From NCBI GenBank assembly GCA_963976765.1, contig CAXBME010000001.1, positions 496,001 through 549,567 on the forward strand: 53,567 nucleotides of DNA. Reading direction: 5' to 3'. The DNA comes from an uncultured Planctomycetaceae bacterium. GTDB lineage: Bacteria; Planctomycetota; Planctomycetia; Planctomycetales; Planctomycetaceae. Below are positions 9,711 to 19,198 of this stretch, in pieces. The translations under genes and the position numbers were made by a program. Under the pieces are notes generated by a model. The model ran no database searches, was not told where the DNA came from, and was given only the letters and a program-made list of their open reading frames with translations. How positions within the stretch are numbered: position 1 is the first letter of the stretch; each line of letters opens with the position of its first letter.

Positions 9711-11000
9711 ATGCAGGCACTGCTTCAGAATCCCGATACATTTTTGCTGATGCCGACGATGCTGTGCCTGCTGATCGGGTCGGGCTTCTTCTCTGCCAGC
9801 GAAACAGCTTTGTTCTTTCTCTCAACGGAAGAGGTTCAGTCCTTCCAGCGAAGCAATCGTCCGAGTGAGCGAATCGTCGTTGCGCTGCTTAAACAACCGG
9901 ACCGACTTCTGACCGCAGTCCTGTTCTGGAACCTGCTGATCAACCTGACGTTCTTTGCCGTCGGAGTCGTGATTTCCGGGAAGCTGGTGGCTGCTGGTGA
10001 AAATGCAGCCGCCGGCGCGTTTGGACTTCTGAATCTCGGCCTGATGATCGTCTTCGGCGAAGTCGTCCCCAAAAGCAGTGCGGTGATGTTTCGTCAGCCG
10101 CTCGCTCGCCTGGTCAGTTACCCACTGGCATTCGCCGTGCAGCTTTTCGACCCGCTTGCCCCGGCGTTCGACAGGATCACGCGATCGCTGAGACGCGCCT
10201 TCTGGCCTGACATCCGGCGCGAGCAGTACCTGCATCCAGAGGATCTCGAACAGGCGATTGAGAATTCGGCCGGTAATCAGTCTGTGCTGAAGCAGGAACG
10301 TCAGGTGCTTCACAACATTCTGAACCTGTCCGAAATTCAGGCCGAAGAAGTCATGCGTCCTCGCGGTACCTACCGAGCCGTGGCTGCCCCGGTGCATCTC
10401 GAAGACCTGGCCGACACGCCAATCCCCGCCGACTATCTGGTCATTCTTGCCGAACAAGGCGACGACGTGATCGGAGCCGTGCCGCTGGCCAGCTTTACGG
10501 TCCTCGCCAGGAAAAATCTTGAGGATGCAGCTGAAGACGTGATCCACGTTCCGTGGTGCGCTCCCGTCGCGCAGATTCTGCAACGTCTGGAAGACGCCCG
10601 CCTGTCGCTGGCGTCAGTCGTCAACGAATACGGCGAGACCATCGGCGTCGTCACTTATGAGGATATTGTCGACTCGATTCTCTCCGCCGAACCAAGCCGG
10701 GCTCGGCGAGTGCTCCAGCGCGACCCGGTTCTCAATGTCGCACCAGAACGCTGGCACGTCGACGGAATGACTTCGCTGAGATATCTGAGTCGACGACTGG
10801 GGATCGATTTCGAACCGGAAGTCGACGGCCAGGTCACCGTCGCTGGAATTTTTCACGAACAACTTCAGCGCATGCCGGAGTCCGGCGATCGATGTCGGTG
10901 GCAGGGCTTTCAGTTCACGATTCTTGAAATGACGTCCCGGCAGCATTTTCAGGTTCTGGTTGTCCCGCAGTCATCAACCGGCGGAAAGGGGGACAGGTAA
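9711..11000 (+). CDS. CNNM/DUF21-CBS-CorC_HlyC family transporter
   Basis: FFSASETA, FGEVVPK, CBS motif VVNEYGETIGVVTYEDIV, C-terminal CorC/HlyC-like domain (WHVDGMTSL..TVAG). Confidence 0.9.
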   Translation: MQALLQNPDTFLLMPTMLCLLIGSGFFSASETALFFLSTEEVQSFQRSNRPSERIVVALLKQPDRLLTAVLFWNLLINLTFFAVGVVISGKLVAAGENAAAGAFGLLNLGLMIVFGEVVPKSSAVMFRQPLARLVSYPLAFAVQLFDPLAPAFDRITRSLRRAFWPDIRREQYLHPEDLEQAIENSAGNQSVLKQERQVLHNILNLSEIQAEEVMRPRGTYRAVAAPVHLEDLADTPIPADYLVILAEQGDDVIGAVPLASFTVLARKNLEDAAEDVIHVPWCAPVAQILQRLEDARLSLASVVNEYGETIGVVTYEDIVDSILSAEPSRARRVLQRDPVLNVAPERWHVDGMTSLRYLSRRLGIDFEPEVDGQVTVAGIFHEQLQRMPESGDRCRWQGFQFTILEMTSRQHFQVLVVPQSSTGGKGDR

Positions 11001-11002
11001 CC

Positions 11003-12055
11003 ATGAATTTCTGGCTGGTGCTGGCAATTGCGGGGACGCTTTTTGTCGCGGGAGTGCGTTTATCGGCATTCTTCAGCGGCTCAGAAACCGGTTTTTACCG
11101 TGTCAGTTTTCTGCGGCTGAGCATCGACGCTCACACCGGTGACACGGTCGCTCAACGACTGCTCTGGTTCGTCCAGCATCCTGAACTGTTTGTCGCGACA
11201 ACGCTCGTCGGCAACAACATTGCCAACTACGTGACGACGATCGCGATCGGGCTGGGAACGGGCCTTGTTACAGAAGCCAGCAGCACTGCTGTCGAAGTCG
11301 GAGCAACGCTACTCATCGCTCCGGTGATTTTTGTCTTTGGCGAGCTGATGCCCAAGAACCTCTATTTCCGAGCCCCCACGACGCTGCTTCGCAGAAACGT
11401 TGGGCTGTTTCAGTTTTTCTATCGGTCCCTTCTTCCTGCTTCGATGCCGCTGGTCTGGATCACGAGAACGATCGAAAAACTCAGCTCGTCATCTTCCAGC
11501 AACGCCGACTTCCTGCTCGGTCGACATCGGCTGATTCAGGTTCTCAGCAAGGGACACGAACACGGAGTACTGACGAATCAGCAGGGGATCCTCGTGCACG
11601 GCCTGCTGCATGATGCCACACGCCCGATTTCTGAGATCATGATCCCAACAACCCGAATTCTGGGTGAAGACGAAAATGCCTCTCGGACAACGCTGCTTGA
11701 ATATGCACGTACCAACCACCTGACTCACATTCCCGTCAAACGTCACAACTCCCCTGACGACTGGTTCGGGTATGTTCGGGTACTCGATCTGGAACTTGGT
11801 TCACGCGCGGACGAAGAAATGATCCGCGAGATGCCCCGCATTCCATTCGACGCGACACGACTCATGGCCTTACTGGCGATTCGAGATTCTGGCGAGAGCG
11901 TCGGCGTGATTACCGACGGCGATGAAGTCCTGGGACTCATCATGGAGAATGTGCTCATCGATCATCTGATGCACCCGCTCGGCGCACCGGGAACTCGATC
12001 GGCGATACCTCAGGCGAAAACGACATCAGTGGCGTCCGCAGAATCGTCGTTGTGA
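11003..12055 (+). CDS. Second CNNM/DUF21-CBS protein without the CorC_HlyC domain
   Basis: FFSGSETG, TTLVGNNIAN, FGELMPK and a CBS pair; starts 2 bp after the upstream paralog. Confidence 0.88.
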   Translation: MNFWLVLAIAGTLFVAGVRLSAFFSGSETGFYRVSFLRLSIDAHTGDTVAQRLLWFVQHPELFVATTLVGNNIANYVTTIAIGLGTGLVTEASSTAVEVGATLLIAPVIFVFGELMPKNLYFRAPTTLLRRNVGLFQFFYRSLLPASMPLVWITRTIEKLSSSSSSNADFLLGRHRLIQVLSKGHEHGVLTNQQGILVHGLLHDATRPISEIMIPTTRILGEDENASRTTLLEYARTNHLTHIPVKRHNSPDDWFGYVRVLDLELGSRADEEMIREMPRIPFDATRLMALLAIRDSGESVGVITDGDEVLGLIMENVLIDHLMHPLGAPGTRSAIPQAKTTSVASAESSL

Positions 12056-12270
12056 CACACCGTCGTCTGACGGAGGGATGATCACCGGACAGGTGTTGTT
12101 AAAAAATCCGGTAACCTGAATTCAACCGTCGCTGTCCGACAGGTTCGGATATCCCGGTTCCAGCGAACTGTCGTACCGACTGATCAGCTCGCAACTTTTC
12201 ACGCTGGTATGGGATCTGGAAGTAATTCCCGGACTCTTCATTTACCGACCAACCCAGCAGCCTTTGAATC

Positions 12271-13317
12271 ATGATCATTATCGACGGTTCACAGGGCGAA
12301 GGCGGGGGACAGATTGTTCGCTCGTCGCTCGCTCTTTCTCTGGTCACCGGCAAACCGGTCACGATCGACAGGATTCGTGCCAGGCGGTCTCGGCCTGGAC
12401 TCATGCGCCAACACCTGACGGCGTTTCAGGCGGCTGCGCAGATCGGCAATGCCGACGTCGAGGGAGACTCGATCGGCTCAAGCAAAGTCACCTTTCAGCC
12501 ACACGATCTGCTTCCCGGCGACTATTCATTCAACATCGGCACTGCCGGCAGCACGATGCTCGTTCTGCAAACCGTTCTGCCAGCGCTGATGGTGGCTGAC
12601 GGTCCGTCGACGATTGTTCTTGAAGGAGGCACTCACAACCCGCTTGCACCGCCGTTCGACTTCTTAGCGCGGGCGTACGCTCCTCTGGTGGAACGACTTG
12701 GCCCGCGAATCAGGATGCGGCTGGAACGTCCCGGCTTCTATCCGGCAGGCGGCGGGCGGGCTGTCGTCACCATTGAACCAGCCAGGCAACTCGTTCCGCT
12801 GAACCTGATGGAACGTGGAGACCTGACCCGCCGCAGCGTTCGAGCCATCGTCAGCAATCTGCCTGGGCACATCGGCGAACGGGAATGCCGTCGAGTGATC
12901 AACCGTCTTGACTGGGACGACGATTGTGGATGTGTCGACGAATTTCAGAAAGCTCGCGGCCCCGGCAATGCCTTGATCGTCGAAGTCGAAAGCCAGCACG
13001 TCACCGAAGTTTTCACGAGTTTTGGCGAGAAAGGCCGCCCCGCTGAAGCCGTTGCTGAAAAATGCGTGAAGCAGGTTCAGCGTTACCTGAAAGGCGACGC
13101 CCCGGTCGGTGAATATCTGGCCGATCAGTTGATCCTTCCGCTCGCGATCGGAGCCGCCCAGGGCACCGGAGGAGGCCGGTTCCGAACGCTGAGTCTGTCG
13201 CAGCACTCAATAACGCATCTGGAAGTCGTCCAGCGGTTTCTTGACATTCAAGTCGAAGTCGAAGAGAAGGACGGTGACGAAGCAATCGTCTTGATCTCTC
13301 CCCGGGAAGAATCGTAG
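12271..13317 (+). CDS. rtcA: RNA 3'-terminal phosphate cyclase
   Basis: IDGSQGEGGGQIVRSSL, PGLMRQHLT, GTAGS, GGTHNP, RPGFYPAGGG, YLADQL; a His lies in the catalytic-His region (SQHSITH). Confidence 0.95.
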   Translation: MIIIDGSQGEGGGQIVRSSLALSLVTGKPVTIDRIRARRSRPGLMRQHLTAFQAAAQIGNADVEGDSIGSSKVTFQPHDLLPGDYSFNIGTAGSTMLVLQTVLPALMVADGPSTIVLEGGTHNPLAPPFDFLARAYAPLVERLGPRIRMRLERPGFYPAGGGRAVVTIEPARQLVPLNLMERGDLTRRSVRAIVSNLPGHIGERECRRVINRLDWDDDCGCVDEFQKARGPGNALIVEVESQHVTEVFTSFGEKGRPAEAVAEKCVKQVQRYLKGDAPVGEYLADQLILPLAIGAAQGTGGGRFRTLSLSQHSITHLEVVQRFLDIQVEVEEKDGDEAIVLISPREES

Positions 13318-13411
13318 CCTGGAACAAGCTCCGCAAAGTTCCGGCCGGGAAACTGTTGAAAATACCGGGACTGTGTGGAGCCTGTTCCTGCCTGCTTTTT
13401 CAGAATACGAC

Positions 13412-14485
13412 ATGAACCACATCATCGGACTGGACATTGGCGGCGCGAATCTGAAAGCAGCTCACAGTGATGGAGCGTGTCGGTCGAAAACGTTTCCGCT
13501 GTGGAAGTCGCCCGAATTCCTGGCCGAAAAATTATCAGCGATGATCAACGACTGGCTGCCCTGTGCCGGCATCGCCGTGACCATGACTGGCGAACTGGCC
13601 GACTGCTTTGAAACAAAGGCCGTAGGGGTGGATCGCATCCTCACTGCCGTCGAACAGGCTGTCGGTAAGTCACCGATCGCTGTCTGGCAGACGGTCGGAG
13701 AATTCGTTGACACGGCGACTGCTCGCGAGTTCTGGCAATTGACCGCCGCATCCAACTGGCACGCCCTGGCAACGTTCGTCGGACGCGTCGCGCCGGAAGA
13801 AAATCTGCTGCTGATCGACATCGGCTCGACGACGACCGACATCATTCCCGTGCAGAACGGCCTGCCTAATCCAACCGGTCGAACCGATTCCGAACGTCTC
13901 ATTTCGGCGGAGCTGGTCTACTCAGGAGTCCGTCGTACGCCGGTTTGCGCCGTTGCGTATTCTGTCCCGATCGAACGCGAAGTTGCCGGAAATGGTTACT
14001 CGCAACTCGCTGCCGAATTCTTCGCGACCACTCAGGACGTCTATCTTCTGCAAGGCGACCTGGTCGAGAATCCGGAGGACATCGACACCGCAAATGGTCG
14101 ACCGGCAACCGTCGTCGGTGCGCACGATCGACTGGCAAGACAGCTCTGCTGCGACACTTCTGAACTTTCACTCGACGAAGCTAAATCCGTCGCCGACTTT
14201 CTGGCGAATGTCCAAAGGCAACGAATCAGCGGAGCTATCGACCGCGTTCTCGCGACCCTCGACTCCCCCTGCACAACCGTCGTTGTCTCCGGTGAAGGCT
14301 GTTTTCTGGCAAATCAGATTCTGGATAACCACTCCCGGCTGAAGGACGTCCCGCGACACTCGCTGACGAAAATGTTTTCCGCTGAAACATCAACAGCCGC
14401 CTGTGCCTTCGCCCTCGCACGCCTCGCGGCGGAACGTCCTGGAACCTTCATGGACGACCAGTTGTCGACGCTACTGTCACCGTAA
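13412..14485 (+). CDS. H4MPT/methanofuran-linked C1 pathway protein (Orf9/MfnF-like, hydantoinase/oxoprolinase family)
   Basis: IGLDIGGANLKAA, AVTMTGELADCF, AASNWHALA, LIDIGSTTTDIIP, LVYSGVRRTP and AAEFFATTQD. Confidence 0.88.
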   Translation: MNHIIGLDIGGANLKAAHSDGACRSKTFPLWKSPEFLAEKLSAMINDWLPCAGIAVTMTGELADCFETKAVGVDRILTAVEQAVGKSPIAVWQTVGEFVDTATAREFWQLTAASNWHALATFVGRVAPEENLLLIDIGSTTTDIIPVQNGLPNPTGRTDSERLISAELVYSGVRRTPVCAVAYSVPIEREVAGNGYSQLAAEFFATTQDVYLLQGDLVENPEDIDTANGRPATVVGAHDRLARQLCCDTSELSLDEAKSVADFLANVQRQRISGAIDRVLATLDSPCTTVVVSGEGCFLANQILDNHSRLKDVPRHSLTKMFSAETSTAACAFALARLAAERPGTFMDDQLSTLLSP

Positions 14486-14531
14486 CGAAGACTTCGAACG
14501 AGCCTGTGTCATCGGATGAGGCAAACATCTG

Positions 14532-15086
14532 TCAGTTGTTTCCAGGGTGATCCTCCGACGCATAGCGAGCGGCAGTTTCTGCCGGCAGATTGTCCCAATC
14601 CTGGCGGACCCGGTTCAGACCGAAGCGAACCAGGTCGTAGTCCTGGCTGAGTCGGCGCAGCACCGGAGCTTCTTCGCCGTACGGGTCTTCTTTAAACTTG
14701 CTGGCAATGAAGTAGGACTCACGGCCCTGCTGTTCGTAGTCGATCAGATGATCTTTATGATCGACCGCCTGGAGGCGATTGAGGGCTTCAGGAAAAACTC
14801 CGGTCCAGAACAGAGTGTAGTCGCCGATGTGGCGGTGCAGTTCTCGCTGCGGTTTTGATTCACGCTGCCCGGCTTCGCTGACCATGTCGACAACTTCGAC
14901 CAGCCGGCGACCTTCGACGTCTCGAAAGCGGTACATCTCGGCGGACCGAGTGAAACGTACGAGCATTTCGACCAGATAGTCGGTCAGCACCGGGTCGGCG
15001 ACGCCCAGGTCGACCTGAAAGGTGTGCTCGGTCAGGGCTGAAAAGAGTTTTCTGAGCGAATCTTCGCTGGTGACAAGCGGGATCAT
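14532..15086 (-). CDS. Hypothetical protein
   Basis: 184 aa with an SD-like gaggag upstream; contains HRHIGDYTLFWTGVFPE and GRESYFIAS. Confidence 0.8.
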   Translation of the reverse strand: MIPLVTSEDSLRKLFSALTEHTFQVDLGVADPVLTDYLVEMLVRFTRSAEMYRFRDVEGRRLVEVVDMVSEAGQRESKPQRELHRHIGDYTLFWTGVFPEALNRLQAVDHKDHLIDYEQQGRESYFIASKFKEDPYGEEAPVLRRLSQDYDLVRFGLNRVRQDWDNLPAETAARYASEDHPGNN

Positions 15087-15500
15087 CGGCTGCTCCTCCG
15101 TACCAGTCTGCTTTTGCCGGTCGGCGAGGAATGTCAGATCGGCCAGTCAGGCCGCTGAACGATTCGCCTCGGGGCAGAAACAGCGAACTCCGGTTGAGCC
15201 GCGACAGCCAGAACGTTCAGAGTCCGGGTGGAGAAACTCCCTGTCGCCGGGCTGAGTTCAGCTCGACTTTGCCGGATCGACAATGCCCTCTTCAGGAAGA
15301 GAGTGAGGTGAACCGGCGACTCATCGCAGACGGTTCTCTGCCCGGGTTTTCGTACGTTGAAGGAAACAGTCCCGGACTCAGAGGCAGTATCTCCGATGAA
15401 ATCTGTTGAGGAAGTACTCCGCCACGAACGTCCGCGAGATCGAGGTTGTCCGTCAGCCGGAGATCAGGGAAACACGAATTGAAGAAGTGACTTAAGGTTT

Positions 15501-15520
15501 CTATCGGCAGTTGCCGATAG
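15501..15520. promoter_or_regulatory. 9-bp palindrome, candidate operator or sigma-28-like -10 element
   Basis: ctatcggca-gt-tgccgatag. On the plus strand TAAGGTTT (15493-15500)-N12-GCCGATAG resembles the FliA consensus TAAAGTTT-N11-GCCGATAA. Confidence 0.35.
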
Positions 15521-15776
15521 GGGGGATTGAGTCAATTCTACGGAGAGATTTATTTCGGTGACAATGCGATCTTCAGCCTCCGCAAGAACCTTGCCCGGTG
15601 ATCGCAAAGTGCCTTGAGCGGCAGGAGAGCGGTCACTAGCATGCCCGCTCAATTCCCCCAATCGGAAGATTTTGACAGTGGTTTGACTGTTGATCGGGGG
15701 GCGAATCTGCCGAGTATGTCTTTGTAGTCATTCGACTGTTCGACACACCTGACGACATGAGCAAACCAAACTGAAC

Positions 15777-15848
15777 GGCGCCGTAGCCAAGTGGCTAAGG
15801 CAGTGGATTGCAAATCCACCATCCCCGGTTCGAATCCGGGCGGCGCCT
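15777..15848 (+). tRNA. tRNA-Cys (GCA)
   Basis: Acceptor stem GGCGCCG/CGGCGCC, D-arm TAGCCAAGTGGCTAAGGC, anticodon arm GTGGA-TTGCAAA-TCCAC, T-arm CCCGG-TTCGAAT-CCGGG, U discriminator; CCA not encoded. Confidence 0.97.
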
Positions 15849-15853
15849 CTCGG

Positions 15854-15880
15854 AAAACCCCGCAATTTGCGGGGTTTTTT
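15854..15880 (+). terminator. Intrinsic terminator after tRNA-Cys
   Basis: Hairpin aaaaccccgcaa-t-ttgcggggtttt with a T tract. Confidence 0.85.
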
Positions 15881-16054
15881 GTTGCGCGGAGGCCATCCAA
15901 CTTCTGCGCAGTTGTTGGTTATGCTTGGGCGAGTGCAACCTTTGCGCAACAAGGTCTGGTGTAACCACGTCTCGTCTGCTTTGCAGCGAGTTCACGCGTC
16001 TGCCCATTTCGTCCAACTCGAAATGGGCGCACCAGTACATCATGAGGCAAAATA

Positions 16055-16089
16055 AAAAACGCAGAGACCATTTCGGCCTCTGCGTTCTT
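16055..16089 (-). terminator. Intrinsic terminator of the thioredoxin-family gene
   Basis: Stem aacgcagag/ctctgcgtt flanked by an A run that reads as a U tract on the minus strand. Confidence 0.65.
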
Positions 16090-16117
16090 GCTTTGTGTAC
16101 TCTGCAATTTTTCTGAA

Positions 16118-16972
16118 TTACCGACTTGCTGTCTGCAGTCGGGCCAGACTCTCAGCGAAGTGGCGTGGGTCTTCGGCAAAGGTGCCTCTGTGGTTCAGCG
16201 AGCGGAACAGGACGATCTTCCCTCGGTAAACGGCGGCGGTGGAGGCGGCTCCGAGGGTTTCTTTTTCGCCTCGGACAGAAGCAACCGGGCAATGGCCGTC
16301 GGCGAGCGGCCAGTACTTTGCTGGTTGGGCTCGGAATGTCTGCTGGTGTTTTTCTGAGGCAAAGTGCAGTTTCACACCGCGATATTCTTCGGTGATCGTC
16401 GAGCTGCCTCGGACCAGGTCGCGATCGTCGAGCATCGACACCAGGCACATGCCAGAGAACGCCGTTTCAGGGGCTGGCATGCGAGCGGCCACTGGCTGAG
16501 TGATTGGTTTTTCTGGCGTCTTCTTAACCACGGCCTGCTGAAGTTGCGGCTGCGGTGTTTTGCAGAATGGAGCCAGATTCTGCACCATCTGCGGGGCCGG
16601 GAGGAAGCCTTGAACTCTACCGAGCACGTTCAATTCGGGAGAAATCACCACGGTTGACGGAAAGGCTTCGATGCCGAGGAGTTCCACCGCTCGCTCATTT
16701 TCGTCGGCGTCGAGGACGACCGGAACGAAGTACTCATTGACTCGAGCGATCACTTGCGGATCGGTGAAGGTTTCGTCCAGCAGTTTATGGCAATAGTGGC
16801 ACCACGAGGCGGTGAACGTAATCAGAATCGGCTTGCCCGTTGCCTGAGACTCGGCCGCAGCCTTCTTCAGGTCGTTGCCCCACTTCAGCTCCGCCGCGAT
16901 GCCGGCGTTGTGAAACATGACGACGATGACAAGGGCTGTCAGAATCGTGATTGCTTTTTGCCCGAACTTCAT
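16118..16972 (-). CDS. Secreted thioredoxin-family protein with two YHS-like C-terminal repeats
   Basis: Signal peptide, ITFTASWCHYC, Q/P linker, then repeats CLVS..YRGVKLHFAS..PAKY and CPVA..YRGKIVLFRS..PRHF. Confidence 0.85.
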   Translation of the reverse strand: MKFGQKAITILTALVIVVMFHNAGIAAELKWGNDLKKAAAESQATGKPILITFTASWCHYCHKLLDETFTDPQVIARVNEYFVPVVLDADENERAVELLGIEAFPSTVVISPELNVLGRVQGFLPAPQMVQNLAPFCKTPQPQLQQAVVKKTPEKPITQPVAARMPAPETAFSGMCLVSMLDDRDLVRGSSTITEEYRGVKLHFASEKHQQTFRAQPAKYWPLADGHCPVASVRGEKETLGAASTAAVYRGKIVLFRSLNHRGTFAEDPRHFAESLARLQTASR

Positions 16973-17214
16973 ATCGCACCTGGCATTAGCGAGTGATCAA
17001 ATGACGGCAGGATCCGGCAATCACCGGCTTTTCCGTCTTCCAACATTCACTATCGGCACAATCGGGGGGGCAGACTGTAACTCAGCAGACAGTCAAACTG
17101 TGGGATTCTCAACAACTCTGATTTCTGAACGGCGAATGGACACTAATTGACACCGATCTTTTCAGTTTTTGAGACTGAGCCCACTATCTGGCTCAAGATT
17201 GAACCATCCTCATT

Positions 17215-17293
17215 CTGACGTAAAGCCGAGAAGACGCAGCGGACGGCGAAAAATGACTTTGTGAGTCTTTGCGTTTCAGCGTCGTTGCATCAG
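17215..17293. repeat. Degenerate REP-like inverted repeat with about 9-bp internal periodicity
   Basis: ctgacgtaaagccgagaagacgcagcg against ctttgcgtttcagcgtcgttgcatcag; imperfect reverse complements with acgcaaag-like units. Confidence 0.45.
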
Positions 17294-17319
17294 CTCAACA
17301 ATAAATCGACTCGCGCACG

Positions 17320-17349
17320 AAAAAAGCTGCTTCGTCGGAACGAAGCAGC
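17320..17349 (-). terminator. Intrinsic terminator of ilvB
   Basis: Stem gctgcttcg/cgaagcagc next to an A6 run (U tract on minus), about 30 bp after the ilvB stop. Confidence 0.8.
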
Positions 17350-17380
17350 CTTTAAGAGAACTCAGTGAATGACCTTGTCA

Positions 17381-19198
17381 CTACTCGGTGATGATGTCAC
17401 GGACTGTGCCGCCACCGGGGATCATCGGCAGGACGTGTTCCTGGTACGGGCAGATCATTTCGAGCAGGTACGGGCCGTCGTATTTGATCATTTCTTCGAT
17501 TGCGGCTGGCAGGTCTGCTTTCTTATCGATTTGTCGAGCACCGACGCCCATGCTTTCGGCCATTTTTACGAAGTTCGGGAACGTCTCGCCAAAGGTTCCG
17601 TCGCCTTGTCCGACCGCCATTTTGTCGTCGATCGGGCCGAGGTACGTGTGAGCCCGGTTGCCTTCCATGAAGCGATCTTCCCATTGCATCACCATGCCCA
17701 GGTGCTGGTTGTTGAGCAGGAAGACTTTGACATTCAGCTTCTCGCAGAACAGCGTGGCGAGCTCCTGAATGTTCATCATGACGGAACCGTCGCCATCGAT
17801 ATCGATGACCAGAGCGTCCGGGTGAGCCGCCGCAACACCCATCGCTGCTGGCAGGCCGAAGCCCATCGTTCCCAGACCTGAGCTGCTGAGCCACCGCTTT
17901 GGCTTGCTGAACTTGTAGTACTGAGCCGCCCACATCTGATGCTGACCGACGCCGACCGCGACGTACGTGTCGAGGTCTTTCGTCTGCCGCCACAATTCCT
18001 GGATAGCTTCCTGCGGATAGATGAACTCGTCCGATTGCGTGTGCTTGAGCGGGAACTTTTCTTTCCAGTCGGCACACTGAGTGCGCCAATCGTCGATCTG
18101 CGGGCAGTCGTCTTCGGACAATGCAGCGTTCAGAGCGACGAGGAAATCTTTCACGTCGGCGACGATCGGAATGTGAGCTTCCTTGTTTTTGTGAATTTCC
18201 GAAGCGTCGATATCAACGTGGATGATCTTGCCGTGCAGAGCGAACTCGTCCAGCTTGCCGGTCACTCGGTCGTCGAACCGGACGCCCAGAGCCAGCAGCA
18301 GGTCGGCTTCGTCAATGGCTTTGTTGGCGTAGACAGTCCCGTGCATGCCGAGCATGTGCAAAGACTGCTCGTGATCGCCAGGAAACGCTCCAATACCCAT
18401 GACGGTCGTCGTGACTGGGATACCTGTTTTCAGTGCGAAGGCGGTTAGTTCTTCGGAAGCGTCCGCGTTGATGACTCCACCGCCGACGTAGAGGATCGGC
18501 TTTTTCGCTCGACGAATAGCCGCGATCGATTGGCGAATCTGCTCGGGAGCCACCTTCCGTTGCATCGGTCGATAACCTGGCAGCTTCATGGCCGGGTCGT
18601 AGTCGATTTCGTCTTCCGGCATGGATGCAAGCTGGATGTTCTTCGGAAAATCGATCAGAACCGGGCCGGGTCGACCGCTTTTGGCGACGTAGTACGCTTC
18701 CTTCACGATGCGAGGAATTGACTCAAGCGCCTCTCGAACAGATGCCGGATCCGTGTGATCTTCAGCGGTGATCATGTAGTAGTGCTTGGTGACCGCCCGG
18801 CAGATCTCGACGATCGGCGTTTCCTGAAAGGCGTCGGTGCCGATGACTGCCTGCGGAACCTGCCCGGTGATTGCGATCAGCGGAACACTGTCCATCTTCG
18901 CGTCGGCGATCGAGGTCACAAGGTTGGTCGCTCCCGGACCACTTGTCGCCATGCACAGACCGACGTTGTCAGTCGTTCGCGAATGCCCCTGAGCTGCAAA
19001 ACCGCCGCCCTGTTCATGTCGTGGCAGGATTGTTCGAATTCGGTCTTTTCGACGGGTCAACGCCTGATGAAGCGGCATGCTGGCTCCACCTGGGTAGGCA
19101 AAGATCATATCGCCACCGTTGCGTACCAGAGCTTCGATCAGAATATCGGCGCCGGTGATTGTTTTGGTACTCGTTGAACTTTGCTGAGCGGTCGACAC
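17381..19198 (-). CDS. ilvB: Acetolactate synthase, large (catalytic) subunit
   Basis: [60 protein letters not shown] and TPP motif GDGS..NN. Confidence 0.96.
   Translation of the reverse strand: MSTAQQSSTSTKTITGADILIEALVRNGGDMIFAYPGGASMPLHQALTRRKDRIRTILPRHEQGGGFAAQGHSRTTDNVGLCMATSGPGATNLVTSIADAKMDSVPLIAITGQVPQAVIGTDAFQETPIVEICRAVTKHYYMITAEDHTDPASVREALESIPRIVKEAYYVAKSGRPGPVLIDFPKNIQLASMPEDEIDYDPAMKLPGYRPMQRKVAPEQIRQSIAAIRRAKKPILYVGGGVINADASEELTAFALKTGIPVTTTVMGIGAFPGDHEQSLHMLGMHGTVYANKAIDEADLLLALGVRFDDRVTGKLDEFALHGKIIHVDIDASEIHKNKEAHIPIVADVKDFLVALNAALSEDDCPQIDDWRTQCADWKEKFPLKHTQSDEFIYPQEAIQELWRQTKDLDTYVAVGVGQHQMWAAQYYKFSKPKRWLSSSGLGTMGFGLPAAMGVAAAHPDALVIDIDGDGSVMMNIQELATLFCEKLNVKVFLLNNQHLGMVMQWEDRFMEGNRAHTYLGPIDDKMAVGQGDGTFGETFPNFVKMAESMGVGARQIDKKADLPAAIEEMIKYDGPYLLEMICPYQEHVLPMIPGGGTVRDIITE

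Noticed and set aside
12205..12221. Sigma-54 promoter for rtcA (tggtatgggatctgga)
   Set aside because: The invariant -12 GC is replaced by GG, and no rtcR is in the window.
15777..16120. Genomic island integrated at tRNA-Cys
   Set aside because: No integrase and no repeat of the tRNA 3' end was found; flanking genes look core.
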